A DNA stretch of 64,000 nucleotides from Candidatus Bathyarchaeota archaeon (GCA_963815095.1 CAWFFH010000006.1:147289-211288); one strand, 5' to 3'. Counted from the stretch's first letter, positions 10,462 to 21,412 are shown. Translations and numbers: made by a program. Notes: generated from the sequence alone by a model not told the origin.

Positions 10462-11328
10462 GTGGCTGTTGGGCTTATCCAAACTTCAGTTTCCGAAAAT
10501 GTCGCCAAGAACATGGAGAAAATCGTGGAAAAGATTGAGGAAGCAGCCAAAAAGGGTGCGAAAATTGTTTGTCTCCAAGAACTATACCGAACAAGATATT
10601 TTCCGCAAGAAGAAAACAAAGATGTTTCGGCTTTAGCTGAAGTGATTCCCGGAGAATCCACAAACATATTTTCCAAGTTGGCAAAAAAATATGGAGTAGT
10701 TATTATTGCACCATTATTTGAGAAAGCTAAAAACGGCAAATTCTACAACACAGCCGTCGTAGTCGGTTCAAAGGGCGAAATCTTGGGTACTTATCGTAAA
10801 GCCCACATTCCCCAAGACCCTTATTTCTACGAAAAAGACTACTTCGCAGAAGGCGACACAGACTACAGTATTTTTGAAACAGAATTTGCCCGCATTGGCG
10901 TGCTCATATGTTATGACCAATGGTTCCCTGAACCAGCCCGAATCAACGCGCTTGAAGGTGCAGAAATAATATTTTACCCAACAGCAATCGGCTACGTTAA
11001 AGGGCACACATCTGAGGACGGCGACTGGCATGATGCCTGGCGAACTGTTCAACGTGCCCACGCCATCGCAAATGGGATCCACGTTGCAGCAGTTAACCGT
11101 GTGGGGGAGGAAGGCGAGTTGGAGTTTTGGGGGGGCTCGTTTATCTGCGATTCTTTTGGCAAAGTTCTCGCTGAAGCAAGCTCTACAAAAGAAGAAGTTG
11201 TGGTTACATCCGTTGATTTGGGCAAGAATAAGAAAATTCAGGAAGGGTGGGGTTTTCTGAGGAATCGACGCCCGGATACCTATCAAAGACTCACCAAGGA
11301 AAAAAGAAAGGGTGCGGAAGATGAGTAG
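10462..11328 (+). CDS. aguB: Carbon-nitrogen hydrolase, probable N-carbamoylputrescine amidase
   Basis: Nitrilase triad CLQEL / YRKAHIP / ICYDQWFPE, YPTAIG, RNRRPDTY; directly upstream of agmatine deiminase. Confidence 0.85.
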   Translation: MAVGLIQTSVSENVAKNMEKIVEKIEEAAKKGAKIVCLQELYRTRYFPQEENKDVSALAEVIPGESTNIFSKLAKKYGVVIIAPLFEKAKNGKFYNTAVVVGSKGEILGTYRKAHIPQDPYFYEKDYFAEGDTDYSIFETEFARIGVLICYDQWFPEPARINALEGAEIIFYPTAIGYVKGHTSEDGDWHDAWRTVQRAHAIANGIHVAAVNRVGEEGELEFWGGSFICDSFGKVLAEASSTKEEVVVTSVDLGKNKKIQEGWGFLRNRRPDTYQRLTKEKRKGAEDE

Positions 11329-12367
11329 TTCCGAGCGGAGTTGCCGTGAACAGGGTTTTTGTATGCCTGCAGAATGGGAAAAACATGATGCCATCTGGCT
11401 TGCGTGGCCCTATGACCCAACCACTTTTCCAGAAAAAGTAGAGCGCGTGGAAGCTACTTATGTCCAAATTGTTAAGGAGATTCACGAAGGCGAAGAAGTA
11501 AACCTATTCGTCATCGATGAGCCTACCAAACAAAAAGCAACAAGAATGTTTAAAGCTGCAAACATCAACATGGAGAAAATCCATTTTTACGTTTCCGACT
11601 ACGCCGATGTATGGTTTAGAGATTATGGACCAATATTTGTCAAGAACCAACATGAACTTGCGATGATTCATTGGGACTTTAACTCATGGGGAGAAAAATA
11701 TGAAACTCTGCTAAAAGACAGGCAAATTCCCGATGTAATCAACCAAAAAATGTCTATGCGATGCTTTAAACCTGGCATAGTTTTGGAAGGTGGGTCTATA
11801 GATGTTAACGGAAAAGGAACCCTGCTTACGACAGCGCAGTGCCTTCTAAACAAGAACCGAAACCCCGACCTTGACAGGCAACAGATTGAAAAATACCTTT
11901 CTAACTATCTTGGCGTAAATCATTTTATCTGGTTGAAATGTGGAATCCTCGGTGACGACACAGACGGGCACATTGATGACTTAGCAAGATTCGTGAACCC
12001 GACCACAATCGTTTGCGCCTATCAAGATGACGAAAACGATGTCGATTACGATGCCCTCAAAGAAAACTTTGATATTCTCTGTCAAGCAGTTGATCAGGAT
12101 GGCGAAAAACTCAAAATCGTAAAATTGCCCATGCCAAAAGTTGTCAGTGATGAAGATGAACGGCTTCCTGCGAGTTATACGAACTTTTACATTGGCAATC
12201 AAAAGGTGTTGGTGCCGATTTTTGACCATAAAAACGATGCCAAAGCCCTCGCAATTCTGCAAGAATTGTTTCCGACCAGAGAGGTGGTTGGGATCCGCTG
12301 CGTTGATTTAGTCTATGGGTTTGGCACGATACACTGCATATCTCAACAGCAGCCTTGCAGTGTCTAA
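11321..12367 (+). CDS. aguA: Agmatine deiminase
   Basis: MPAEW, WFRDYGP, LEGGSID-NG-G, DTDGHID, SYTNFY and GTIHCISQQ motifs. Confidence 0.92.
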   Translation: MSSSERSCREQGFCMPAEWEKHDAIWLAWPYDPTTFPEKVERVEATYVQIVKEIHEGEEVNLFVIDEPTKQKATRMFKAANINMEKIHFYVSDYADVWFRDYGPIFVKNQHELAMIHWDFNSWGEKYETLLKDRQIPDVINQKMSMRCFKPGIVLEGGSIDVNGKGTLLTTAQCLLNKNRNPDLDRQQIEKYLSNYLGVNHFIWLKCGILGDDTDGHIDDLARFVNPTTIVCAYQDDENDVDYDALKENFDILCQAVDQDGEKLKIVKLPMPKVVSDEDERLPASYTNFYIGNQKVLVPIFDHKNDAKALAILQELFPTREVVGIRCVDLVYGFGTIHCISQQQPCSV

Positions 12368-12473
12368 TCGTAAAACGTTACAATGCAGAGCCATTTTTTC
12401 TAGTTAAGTTTAAACCCTCGACTGGAATTATAGGTAAACCCCAAAGTTTGAGGAGTTCAGGAGAGATTAGGTA

Positions 12474-14690
12474 ATGGTTAATCAGCCTCCGCATCGTGCA
12501 CGCGGCGTTAAGGTGCTAAAAGCCGTTTCGTCACCGTTGCGGCTACAAATCCTTAACCTACTCTTCGACAAAAGCGCCCTCTCCTACACTGAACTTATGA
12601 ACCAACTTAAAATGAACCCCAGCCGAGACGCAGGCAGATTCGCTTACCACCTAAAATTCCTGCTAAAAGCAGATCTGGTTGAGGCAGATGTCGAGGCAAA
12701 AAAATATTATCTCACTGACCTTGGCAAGATGGTGCTCGATGTTGCTGACCGGGTGGAGAAGAAGGCGGTTAAGCCAAGAGGAATGATGGTTCGTACGTCT
12801 CATCTGACGGTAGAAGAGTTTGACGCTAACAAAATTGCCAATTCACTAATTAAAGAGGCCAAAGTGCCTGCTGAATTGGCGCAGAAGGCAGCGAAGGAAG
12901 CTGAAAAGCGCCTTGTTAAATCGAAAACAAAGTATCTGACTGCTTCATTAATCAGGGAAGTTGTCAACGGAATTTTAGTTGAGAAGGGCTATGAAGATTA
13001 CCGTAATAAACTCACCCGAGTTGGCATGCCAATCCATGAAGTAACCGCACTCATCGAAACCAAAGACGCCGCTCAAGATTGCGTAGCCACGATCAGTAAG
13101 GCAGGGCAAACCGTATTGGGCGAGTATACATTGCTAAACATTTTCCCACGGGACATCGCGGACGCTCACCTTTCAGGCGCCATTCACGTCGAAGGCTTAG
13201 GCACATGGGTACTCAAACCAAACGAGGTAATCCACGACCTAAGATACTTCTTTCAACATGGCGTCAAACTCGACAATCCACTCCAAGTCGCCATGGACGC
13301 GCCCACCGATCTCAAATCCGCCTTATCTATTGCCTTTAATGTGCTTTTGCACGCTAGCAGAGAAACCAATCGAACTCAAACCTTCAACTACTTCAACGTG
13401 TTCCTCGCACCTTATGTGAGAGGCAATGAAGTTGCGAAAATTAGAGAAAACCTGCGTTTATTCATTCAAAACCTCAACCAGCACGCTGAGGCTACGCTGG
13501 GACTTGAGCTTGCTATTCCAAAGCTAATGGCCGAAAAAGAAGCAATCGGACCGCATGGCAAACCAAACGGCAAATACGGCGACTTTACCCAAGAAAGCCA
13601 ACTAATAGCTTCTCTTACCGTCGACGTTTTCACTGAAGAAAGCGTCAGCAAGCCGCTGCTTAGTCCAAAGTTGGTTATAAAAATCAACATTGCTGCTTTG
13701 ACCGATGAAAACGCTAAGGCGATTCTGCTTAAAGCACATCAGTTAGCGGCAAAAAGTGGAATCCCATACTTTGCTAACATGACTAAAAAAGAAAACGAGA
13801 ATGCAGCTTTTTCGTCTTCAGGCGTAAAATTCTCAGCTGATTTAACTGGCGACTGGGAAACCGACACCTTGCGCACGGGCGCTTTGGGCTGCGTAACGAT
13901 TAATCTTCCCAGAATCGGGCTTGAATGCGATAAAGACAAAAACAAATTCTTTGATTTGATGCGGGAACGTTTTGAACTTGCAGCCCGAGCATTGGGGATA
14001 AAGAATAATGCGCTCAAGCAGTTTGGAAAAAATTCTCTGCCGTTTCTGCTCCAGAAAGCCGACCGCGACACCTACTTTCGATTGGAAAACTGCTCACGGC
14101 TAATTAATTTAGCTGGGTTCCGAGAAGCCATCGAAGCCTTCACTGAAAAAAGCGTTAACTCGGAAGAAAGCCGAAAATTCGCCGAAGAAACAATCATGAA
14201 CCTTTTGGCGTTTAAACAGAAGATCGGAAGAAAATACGGCAAACGTCTCTACCCTGTCATCCTCGGCAGCGCGGAAGCCTCGGAGCGGCTGGCGCAGTTG
14301 GATGTTGAGCGGTATGGGGTTGCTAAAGTGAAGTTTTCGGGAACCAGAGACAAACCGTATTATTCCACTGCTAGACGGTTCCAAGTTAAAGCCGCTGAAC
14401 TCCTCAGCATCCAAACTGAATTGCTTGAGACCGCGCAGAAGTGGAAGGGGTTGAATGCTGGCGGAAACCTAGCAATCATCGAACTTGAAGGCGCCGAATA
14501 CAAACCCGAAACCCTCATGAACCTGACAATGCGTCTAATGGAAAACCAATCCATCGAATTCTTCACCTATAACCGCTTAATCAGCTTCTGCGATAACTGC
14601 AAGAAAAACTGGTTCGGCACACTCCACAAATGCCCCAGCTGCGGCTCAATGAGCAACCTAACAACGTTTGACCGATTCACATCAACCTAA
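12474..14690 (+). CDS. ArsR-type wHTH + ATP-cone + class III ribonucleotide reductase (NrdD)-like fusion, catalytic residues apparently absent
   Basis: HTH (SSPLRLQIL...AYHLKFLLKADLV), ATP-cone (VRTS...FDANKI...LIREVV), NrdD motifs (IADAHLSGAIH, LRTG..GCVTINLPRI, ASERLAQLD, CxxC...CPSCGS). The protein ends DRFTST with no R-x-x-G-Y glycyl loop. Confidence 0.85.
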   Translation: MVNQPPHRARGVKVLKAVSSPLRLQILNLLFDKSALSYTELMNQLKMNPSRDAGRFAYHLKFLLKADLVEADVEAKKYYLTDLGKMVLDVADRVEKKAVKPRGMMVRTSHLTVEEFDANKIANSLIKEAKVPAELAQKAAKEAEKRLVKSKTKYLTASLIREVVNGILVEKGYEDYRNKLTRVGMPIHEVTALIETKDAAQDCVATISKAGQTVLGEYTLLNIFPRDIADAHLSGAIHVEGLGTWVLKPNEVIHDLRYFFQHGVKLDNPLQVAMDAPTDLKSALSIAFNVLLHASRETNRTQTFNYFNVFLAPYVRGNEVAKIRENLRLFIQNLNQHAEATLGLELAIPKLMAEKEAIGPHGKPNGKYGDFTQESQLIASLTVDVFTEESVSKPLLSPKLVIKINIAALTDENAKAILLKAHQLAAKSGIPYFANMTKKENENAAFSSSGVKFSADLTGDWETDTLRTGALGCVTINLPRIGLECDKDKNKFFDLMRERFELAARALGIKNNALKQFGKNSLPFLLQKADRDTYFRLENCSRLINLAGFREAIEAFTEKSVNSEESRKFAEETIMNLLAFKQKIGRKYGKRLYPVILGSAEASERLAQLDVERYGVAKVKFSGTRDKPYYSTARRFQVKAAELLSIQTELLETAQKWKGLNAGGNLAIIELEGAEYKPETLMNLTMRLMENQSIEFFTYNRLISFCDNCKKNWFGTLHKCPSCGSMSNLTTFDRFTST

Positions 14691-15740
<1,050 letters not shown>

Positions 15741-15804
15741 TTAACCAGACCTGAGCAATAGTATTTTAAATTCAGGTAAACAAAACTTGAAGGTGTTTTT
15801 GAAA

Positions 15805-16014
15805 ATGGAAAGCGGAATGCAAACTTTAATGGAACAAATTTCTAAACGAGAAACAAACCACAAAGAAACTTTTAACTCACGCGCATACATGCCACGAATA
15901 AGCGAAATTAGGGCTCCTTGTCAATGGCTAAAGAATTGCTACGACGGAAAATGCCCTGCGTTTGTGCGGCAGAATGGGAATTTTTACTGCGCCAAAATTA
16001 AAGCGATAATTTAA
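15805..16014 (+). CDS. Small Cys-rich hypothetical protein
   Basis: Four Cys in the C-terminal half (C-x5-C-x4-C-x11-C), GAAGGTG SD-like sequence upstream, T-tract downstream. Confidence 0.5.
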   Translation: MESGMQTLMEQISKRETNHKETFNSRAYMPRISEIRAPCQWLKNCYDGKCPAFVRQNGNFYCAKIKAII

Positions 16015-16041
16015 TTTTTTTTCCTTTTTAAATTTATTAGT

Positions 16042-16953
16042 TTAATCTTTGAGAGCAGCTATTGCTCCTTTTATAACCGCCACTGATTTCGCAAAGCGTT
16101 CCCTGGTTTTCTCGGATAATTCTAGTTCAATTATTTTTTCAACTCCCTGCTTCCCCAGAACTACAGGTACACCGATGGACAGGTCCGAGGCTCCATATTC
16201 GGCGTCAAGACAAGTGGAAACGCTCATGACGCGGTTTCTTCCAGTTAAAATCGCGTCTGCCATTATTGCAATCACGGTGCCTGGAGCATAAATGGTGCTG
16301 CCTTTTAGTTGAATTACGTCGGCGCCTGAAGTTATCGTTGAATTCACAATTTTGTCAATCTGCTCATTTGTAAGTAGACTTTTTATTGGTATGCCTGAAA
16401 CTGAAGCATATTCATCAAGCGGCACCATCGAGTCGCCATGCTCACCAATCACTAACGCCCTCGTGTCTTCCCGTGAAACATCAAGTTCATTGGCAATGTA
16501 TGTTCTAAAGCGCATGGAGTCTAAGATGTTGCCCATTCCAAAAAGACAGCAGCGGGGAAAACCTGTTTCCTTCGATGCAATGTAAGTCATGATGTCTACA
16601 GGGTTGGTTACCATCATAAGTTTGCACTTAGGCGCGTACTTGACAATTTCTTTAACTATAGATTTTATGATTTGAGCGTTGGTGTTCATGAGGTCAAAAC
16701 GTGTCATGTCGGGGCGTCTACCCAAACCAGCCGTCACAATCACCAGTTCTGAACCCTGCATTTCCCTAAAATCACTGGTTCCGCGAATTTTGCCATCAAA
16801 CTCAATCGCGGGGGCCGCCTGCATCATATCTAACGCTTCGCCCTGTGCCGCCTTCTCATTAGTATCAATCAAAACTACATCACTTATTTTATATCGCAAA
16901 ATATCAAAAGCAGCTTCACTGCCCACTTTACCAGCGCCAATAACAGTTATCAT
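16042..16953 (-). CDS. mdh: Malate dehydrogenase (LDH-like)
   Basis: GAGKVG, AGLGRRPDMTR (Arg specificity residue), TNPVD, LDSMR and GEHGD motifs. Confidence 0.88.
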   Translation of the reverse strand: MITVIGAGKVGSEAAFDILRYKISDVVLIDTNEKAAQGEALDMMQAAPAIEFDGKIRGTSDFREMQGSELVIVTAGLGRRPDMTRFDLMNTNAQIIKSIVKEIVKYAPKCKLMMVTNPVDIMTYIASKETGFPRCCLFGMGNILDSMRFRTYIANELDVSREDTRALVIGEHGDSMVPLDEYASVSGIPIKSLLTNEQIDKIVNSTITSGADVIQLKGSTIYAPGTVIAIMADAILTGRNRVMSVSTCLDAEYGASDLSIGVPVVLGKQGVEKIIELELSEKTRERFAKSVAVIKGAIAALKD

Positions 16954-17041
16954 AGAAAAACCTACAATTAACTAAAGCCTCATGCGCTTAAAAAATATTC
17001 GCACTAAACTAAGTGAACATACTTATTTTGAAAAATCAGAA

Positions 17042-17491
17042 TTACCTAATAATTACAACTGAACAAGTCGCCAAATGAACTACTTTTTCACTTACAGCAC
17101 CCAAAAAAATCTCCCTCATCCTGCCCTTCCCTCTATGCCCAACCACAACAACATCAAAACCGGCATCCTTCACCTCTGCAACAATCTCCAATGCAGGATC
17201 CCCCTCTCTCAACTTCGAAGAAACTACCACATTAGGCTTAACCATTTTCGCATGTTCCACGGCTTTATTAAGAATTTCTTGATGGAAATTTTGCAAATCC
17301 TTAGCAAAAATCGCCATGCTATCTCCTGAAACCGTTGTTGGCTCCAAAGGAACCGCACCCATCGATGGCGACTCACTAACATTCAAAATCGTTACGGCAG
17401 CACCATATTTTTCTGCAAAGTCAAGGGCAAAATCTATAGCTCTATCCGAATTTTCCGATCCATCAACTGCAACCAAAACATTGCGAATCAA
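17042..17491 (-). CDS. Universal stress protein
   Basis: LVAVDGSENS, GDP, VVGHRG...LGAVSEKV motifs. Confidence 0.92.
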   Translation of the reverse strand: MIRNVLVAVDGSENSDRAIDFALDFAEKYGAAVTILNVSESPSMGAVPLEPTTVSGDSMAIFAKDLQNFHQEILNKAVEHAKMVKPNVVVSSKLREGDPALEIVAEVKDAGFDVVVVGHRGKGRMREIFLGAVSEKVVHLATCSVVIIR

Positions 17492-17659
17492 ACAGATTGA
17501 ACTCCGTAGGCAAATATGTTTTTAGAGACATTAAACTTTTCCTCAAAGAAACATTTAGAAACTATTTACCGTTTTTGGCACATTTCGCGACTAATTTTCC
17601 TTTAACAATATAAGGATAAAGCGTTATTTCATAACTGAGGAAGCGTTGGGGGTACATCA

Positions 17660-19279
17660 ATCAACAAGCATTTCAAAATCTTAGCATTAATACTCATCGC
17701 ATTAACTCTTATTCTTCCGTCCCTCAATCTTAATTTGCCTCCTGCAAAAGCAGCCGATGTTCAATCGTCTTGGACAACCATGACACCGATGCCTACTGCA
17801 AGAGGAGGATTTGGGGTAGCAGTTGTCAACGGAAAAATCTATGCAATCGGTGGCTTAACTGATGAAAATAATCCTTTAAGTACTGTTGAAGAGTTTAATC
17901 CTCAATCCGACGGGTGGACAAGCATGATGCCTATGCCAACGGCTAGAAGCGGTTTTGCCATTGCAGTTTACCAAAACAAGATTTATGTCGTAGGTGGAAC
18001 TGTTGGCAATGGTTTTGTTGGAAACAACGAGGTATATGACCCAGTAAGCAACACTTGGGAAACAAAAGCTTCAATGCCTACTCCAAGAGCGGATTTATCT
18101 GCAAGCGTAGTTAATGATGAAATTTACCTCATCGGCGGAGAAAAATATTCAAGCACAACTCCATTCTACAATGTAACCAACATAAACGAAGTTTACGACC
18201 CAGTTAATGATACTTGGATTACAAAAACGTCCATTCCGACATCCGTTCAAGGGTATGCGTCAGCAGTTCTGGATAACGAAATCTATTTCATGGGAGGTTC
18301 CCCGGAATCCACATCTCCGGTAATTGCTCATGTTACCAGTGCAAATCAGGTATATGACCCCGAGACTGATAGCTGGAGTTTAGCTTCTAATTTACCAAAA
18401 GCTAATAGCTACGGAGCGGCGGCTGCAACAGAAGGGTACCTGGCTCCGCCAAGAATTTATTGTGTAGGCGGTTTTTCAGCTGGGAAATTTAGCGGACAAG
18501 TTCAAGCGTATAACGCGGAGAACAATTCATGGAACATTGTAGACCCGATGCCTACTGCCCGAGCCTACTTGAGTGTGGCCGATGTGAATGATGTTTTGTA
18601 TGCAATCGGTGGGTTTGATGGAACAAACTGGCTTAATGTAAATGAACAGTACAAGCCCGTTGGGTATGGAACTGTAGCGCCACAAGTACAAATTACCTCT
18701 CCTGAAAACAAAACCTACAATGCGGTCTCATTGGCGTTTTCTGTTAATAGAGGAACGCAATGGATGGGTTATAGCTTAGATAATAAGGCAAACGTAACGA
18801 TTACTTCTGGATTCAACATTTTAGGTCTATCACAGGGAGTTCATAAAATAACGATCTTTGCTAATGACAGCCTTGGAAATATGGGTTCTTCGAACACTGT
18901 TTTCTTTTCGGTAGATACGACTCCACCAAACATTAAGGTAATAGTTCCCAAAAACCAATCTTATGGTGCAACTGACATTCAGTTAACATTTACCATAAAT
19001 GAACCTGTATCTTTTTTGGCTTACAGTTTAGATGGTCAAGAAAAAGTAAAAATTAACGGAAACCTTACTTTGCCAGCGCTGTCCAATGGCCCTCACAGAG
19101 TAACGCTTTACGCAACTGACGAAGTTGGCAATTCAGCTGAGAAAACGGTTTTCTTTAATATTGCACCTTTCCCAACCGTTACTGTTGCTGCAGTAGCGGC
19201 TACAATAACGATTGTTTTAGCTGCCGGATACCTGTTCTATAAGCGCAAAAAATCCAGCAGCATTAAAGAATCGCCATAA
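17660..19279 (+). CDS. Secreted Kelch-repeat beta-propeller protein with two Ig-like domains and a C-terminal membrane anchor
   Basis: About six Kelch repeats (IYAIGG...W...MPTAR), two 'YSLD...H..T..A.D..GN' Ig-like repeats, then TM+KRKK. The signal peptide lies upstream of the listed TTG 17735, so the start is uncertain. Confidence 0.85.
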   Translation: MNKHFKILALILIALTLILPSLNLNLPPAKAADVQSSWTTMTPMPTARGGFGVAVVNGKIYAIGGLTDENNPLSTVEEFNPQSDGWTSMMPMPTARSGFAIAVYQNKIYVVGGTVGNGFVGNNEVYDPVSNTWETKASMPTPRADLSASVVNDEIYLIGGEKYSSTTPFYNVTNINEVYDPVNDTWITKTSIPTSVQGYASAVLDNEIYFMGGSPESTSPVIAHVTSANQVYDPETDSWSLASNLPKANSYGAAAATEGYLAPPRIYCVGGFSAGKFSGQVQAYNAENNSWNIVDPMPTARAYLSVADVNDVLYAIGGFDGTNWLNVNEQYKPVGYGTVAPQVQITSPENKTYNAVSLAFSVNRGTQWMGYSLDNKANVTITSGFNILGLSQGVHKITIFANDSLGNMGSSNTVFFSVDTTPPNIKVIVPKNQSYGATDIQLTFTINEPVSFLAYSLDGQEKVKINGNLTLPALSNGPHRVTLYATDEVGNSAEKTVFFNIAPFPTVTVAAVAATITIVLAAGYLFYKRKKSSSIKESP

Positions 19280-19368
19280 AGAATTTGGATGAACATATTT
19301 CTCTATCTTTTTATTCTTCAAAGGGGAAAATTTTAAGTAAACATTAACCAACGCATTCTTGAGGTTTC

Positions 19369-19626
19369 ATGCTAATGGGCTACGAAATTGATTACGCTGG
19401 GGGCGAACGGATTGGTTGTTCCTCTGAAATAGTTATTGCGGACAGAATTTTCTATGTGAAACTGTTTTCGTCTGGGCCTTCAAGGTTTTTTTCGGGGGAT
19501 CAGCAGGGCGTTATCCAGAAGGAAATTTCGAAAGCTGAGTTTGAATTATGGATTAACATCTTGGCAGATAACGAAACCGATGTAAACATGATTCAGAAAA
19601 AGCTAAGTCTAGGCAAAAAGTATTAG
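19369..19626 (+). CDS. Hypothetical protein (85 aa)
   Basis: GAGGT SD-like sequence, TTTAAG TATA-like box upstream, globular composition. Confidence 0.6.
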   Translation: MLMGYEIDYAGGERIGCSSEIVIADRIFYVKLFSSGPSRFFSGDQQGVIQKEISKAEFELWINILADNETDVNMIQKKLSLGKKY

Positions 19627-19630
19627 CCGC

Positions 19631-20374
19631 TTAAATGTCTCGCCATCTTGTCTTTTTTATTGCTATAAACAATATGATGGCGCAGACAACCAGTAAGACT
19701 ACCCAATCTAGGATTATCATGTTGGTTGAGATTTTTAGGTAGCCAGTTGCTGAATGCATTATTTCGGCTGCGTACGTTGTTGGAGAAAGGTAGGCTAAAT
19801 AATTGTAAGGTGTAGGCACGTAGGATATTGGATAATAAACCGGGGGCAAAGTGGCAAACAGTAATGAAAGCAGCCGTGAGAAAGCGTAACTCTGCACTAC
19901 ATCACTCGAAAAAGTTGATAACATAAATCCTATAGCTACTGAAATCGCGAACATTAAGAGTAAGACGATGGATAAGATGGCGATTTGCAGAAGCGATGGG
20001 TGCAGGTAGAAGCCGGCAAGCGCAATCAAAATGATTAGTGCTGGTAGCGAGTAAACGATTTCGGCTAGAGCCATGCCACCCATGTACATGCGGGAACTGG
20101 TTGGGGAACTCACAATCATGTCCTGTAGCTTAAAGTCGTTTTTTAAGTGGGAGAGGTCGGATTGGAGGGCTATGCCGCTTGAGAAGAAAACCATGATTAA
20201 TCCGCCTTCTATGGCGGCTCCAAAAAGTGTGCCATTGCTAACAAAAGTAATGACAAATAGCATTGACAGGGGAGCAATCACGCTGCTAATCAGCACTATG
20301 GGGTAATTCTTCATTTCGTATATGGCGTTTACGAGAACTCCAGCGAGAATTTGGCTGAGTTTACTGCGTTTCAG
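19631..20374 (-). CDS. ABC-2 type exporter permease
   Basis: Six TM segments and PPVYYPI...YLSPTTY motif. Frame is open to CTG 20374; first ATG is 20314. Confidence 0.82.
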   Translation of the reverse strand: MKRSKLSQILAGVLVNAIYEMKNYPIVLISSVIAPLSMLFVITFVSNGTLFGAAIEGGLIMVFFSSGIALQSDLSHLKNDFKLQDMIVSSPTSSRMYMGGMALAEIVYSLPALIILIALAGFYLHPSLLQIAILSIVLLLMFAISVAIGFMLSTFSSDVVQSYAFSRLLSLLFATLPPVYYPISYVPTPYNYLAYLSPTTYAAEIMHSATGYLKISTNMIILDWVVLLVVCAIILFIAIKKTRWRDI

Positions 20375-21277
20375 TTATTCATCCCTCGCTTTTTGTCCAA
20401 CAATACTGAAGAAGATATCATCCAAAGTAACTGGAGTAATTGAGAACTTTACCTCTTGCTCAGCAAACACCTTTGCCAAACGGAAAGCTTCAGCTTCGTT
20501 AGTCATTATCTGCGTGTATCCACTATTGCTAACCGTTACTTCGCCGTCAATTATAGCTGGCACCTGTACTTTTGGTGGTATTTGTATGCTATACTGAAAT
20601 CGTGAGCTTTGTCTTAGATCTGAGAGAGAACCAATGCATACTAGTTTTCCTTCATTGAGGATTCCAATTTGGTCAGCAAGCTGTTCTGCTTCTTCAAGAT
20701 AATGTGTAGTGAGAAAGATGAAGCGGTTTTTTCCAAGTTCCCTAAGAATATCCCAAAGTTCCCTTCGTGAAATGGGGTCTAAGCCAGTTGTGGGTTCATC
20801 AAGAAATATTATTTCTGCTTCCGAAGCGGTAACTGTTGCGATAAGGACTTTTCTTTTTGTGCCGCCGGAAAGATTACTGTTCAATGTGTTGGCATATGAT
20901 TCTAAACTGAGTTTTTTTAGCGATTCTACAGCTAGCTGGTTTGCTTGTTTGTAGGGGTAGCCTCGCCAAAGAAGATAGGACATTACGGTTTGTTTTGGTG
21001 TCATCCACCTTATTGCTCGGGCTTCTTGAGGAACAATTGCGATTTTTTCTCTCAGTTTGTCAGCGTGGGAAATTATGTCGATACCGTTTATGTTTGCTGT
21101 TCCAGAGGTGGGTTCAAGCTCCGTTGCGAGTATACGGATAAGTGTGGTTTTTCCTGCGCCGTTTCGTCCAATTAACGCGAATATGCCTTTAGTTTCCACT
21201 GAGAAACTTACGTTATCTAATGCTTTTCTTTGGTCTTTGTAAACCTTTGTTAGATTGTTGCATTCAAGCTTACCCAT
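20375..21277 (-). CDS. ABC exporter ATP-binding protein
   Basis: GRNGAGKTT, LSGG, FLDEPTTGLD and TTH motifs. Confidence 0.93.
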   Translation of the reverse strand: MGKLECNNLTKVYKDQRKALDNVSFSVETKGIFALIGRNGAGKTTLIRILATELEPTSGTANINGIDIISHADKLREKIAIVPQEARAIRWMTPKQTVMSYLLWRGYPYKQANQLAVESLKKLSLESYANTLNSNLSGGTKRKVLIATVTASEAEIIFLDEPTTGLDPISRRELWDILRELGKNRFIFLTTHYLEEAEQLADQIGILNEGKLVCIGSLSDLRQSSRFQYSIQIPPKVQVPAIIDGEVTVSNSGYTQIMTNEAEAFRLAKVFAEQEVKFSITPVTLDDIFFSIVGQKARDE

Positions 21278-21412
21278 TAAGATGCCTTCTGGGTCGATGG
21301 GCAATGTTTTTAGTTGATTTAATTTTCTTCACTAAAAACGTTCCGACCTCTACCGTAGAATGCTAAGGTTTATACCAAGAAATATACGCTAAAGTGTTAG
21401 TTGGGAATAATT

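Noticed and set aside
10768-11394. 208-aa minus-strand ORF
   Set aside because: Antisense to the well-supported aguB and has no recognisable motifs
12474-14690. Annotation as a functional nrdD
   Set aside because: Glycyl-radical Gly and catalytic Cys positions appear absent, and there is no activase nearby
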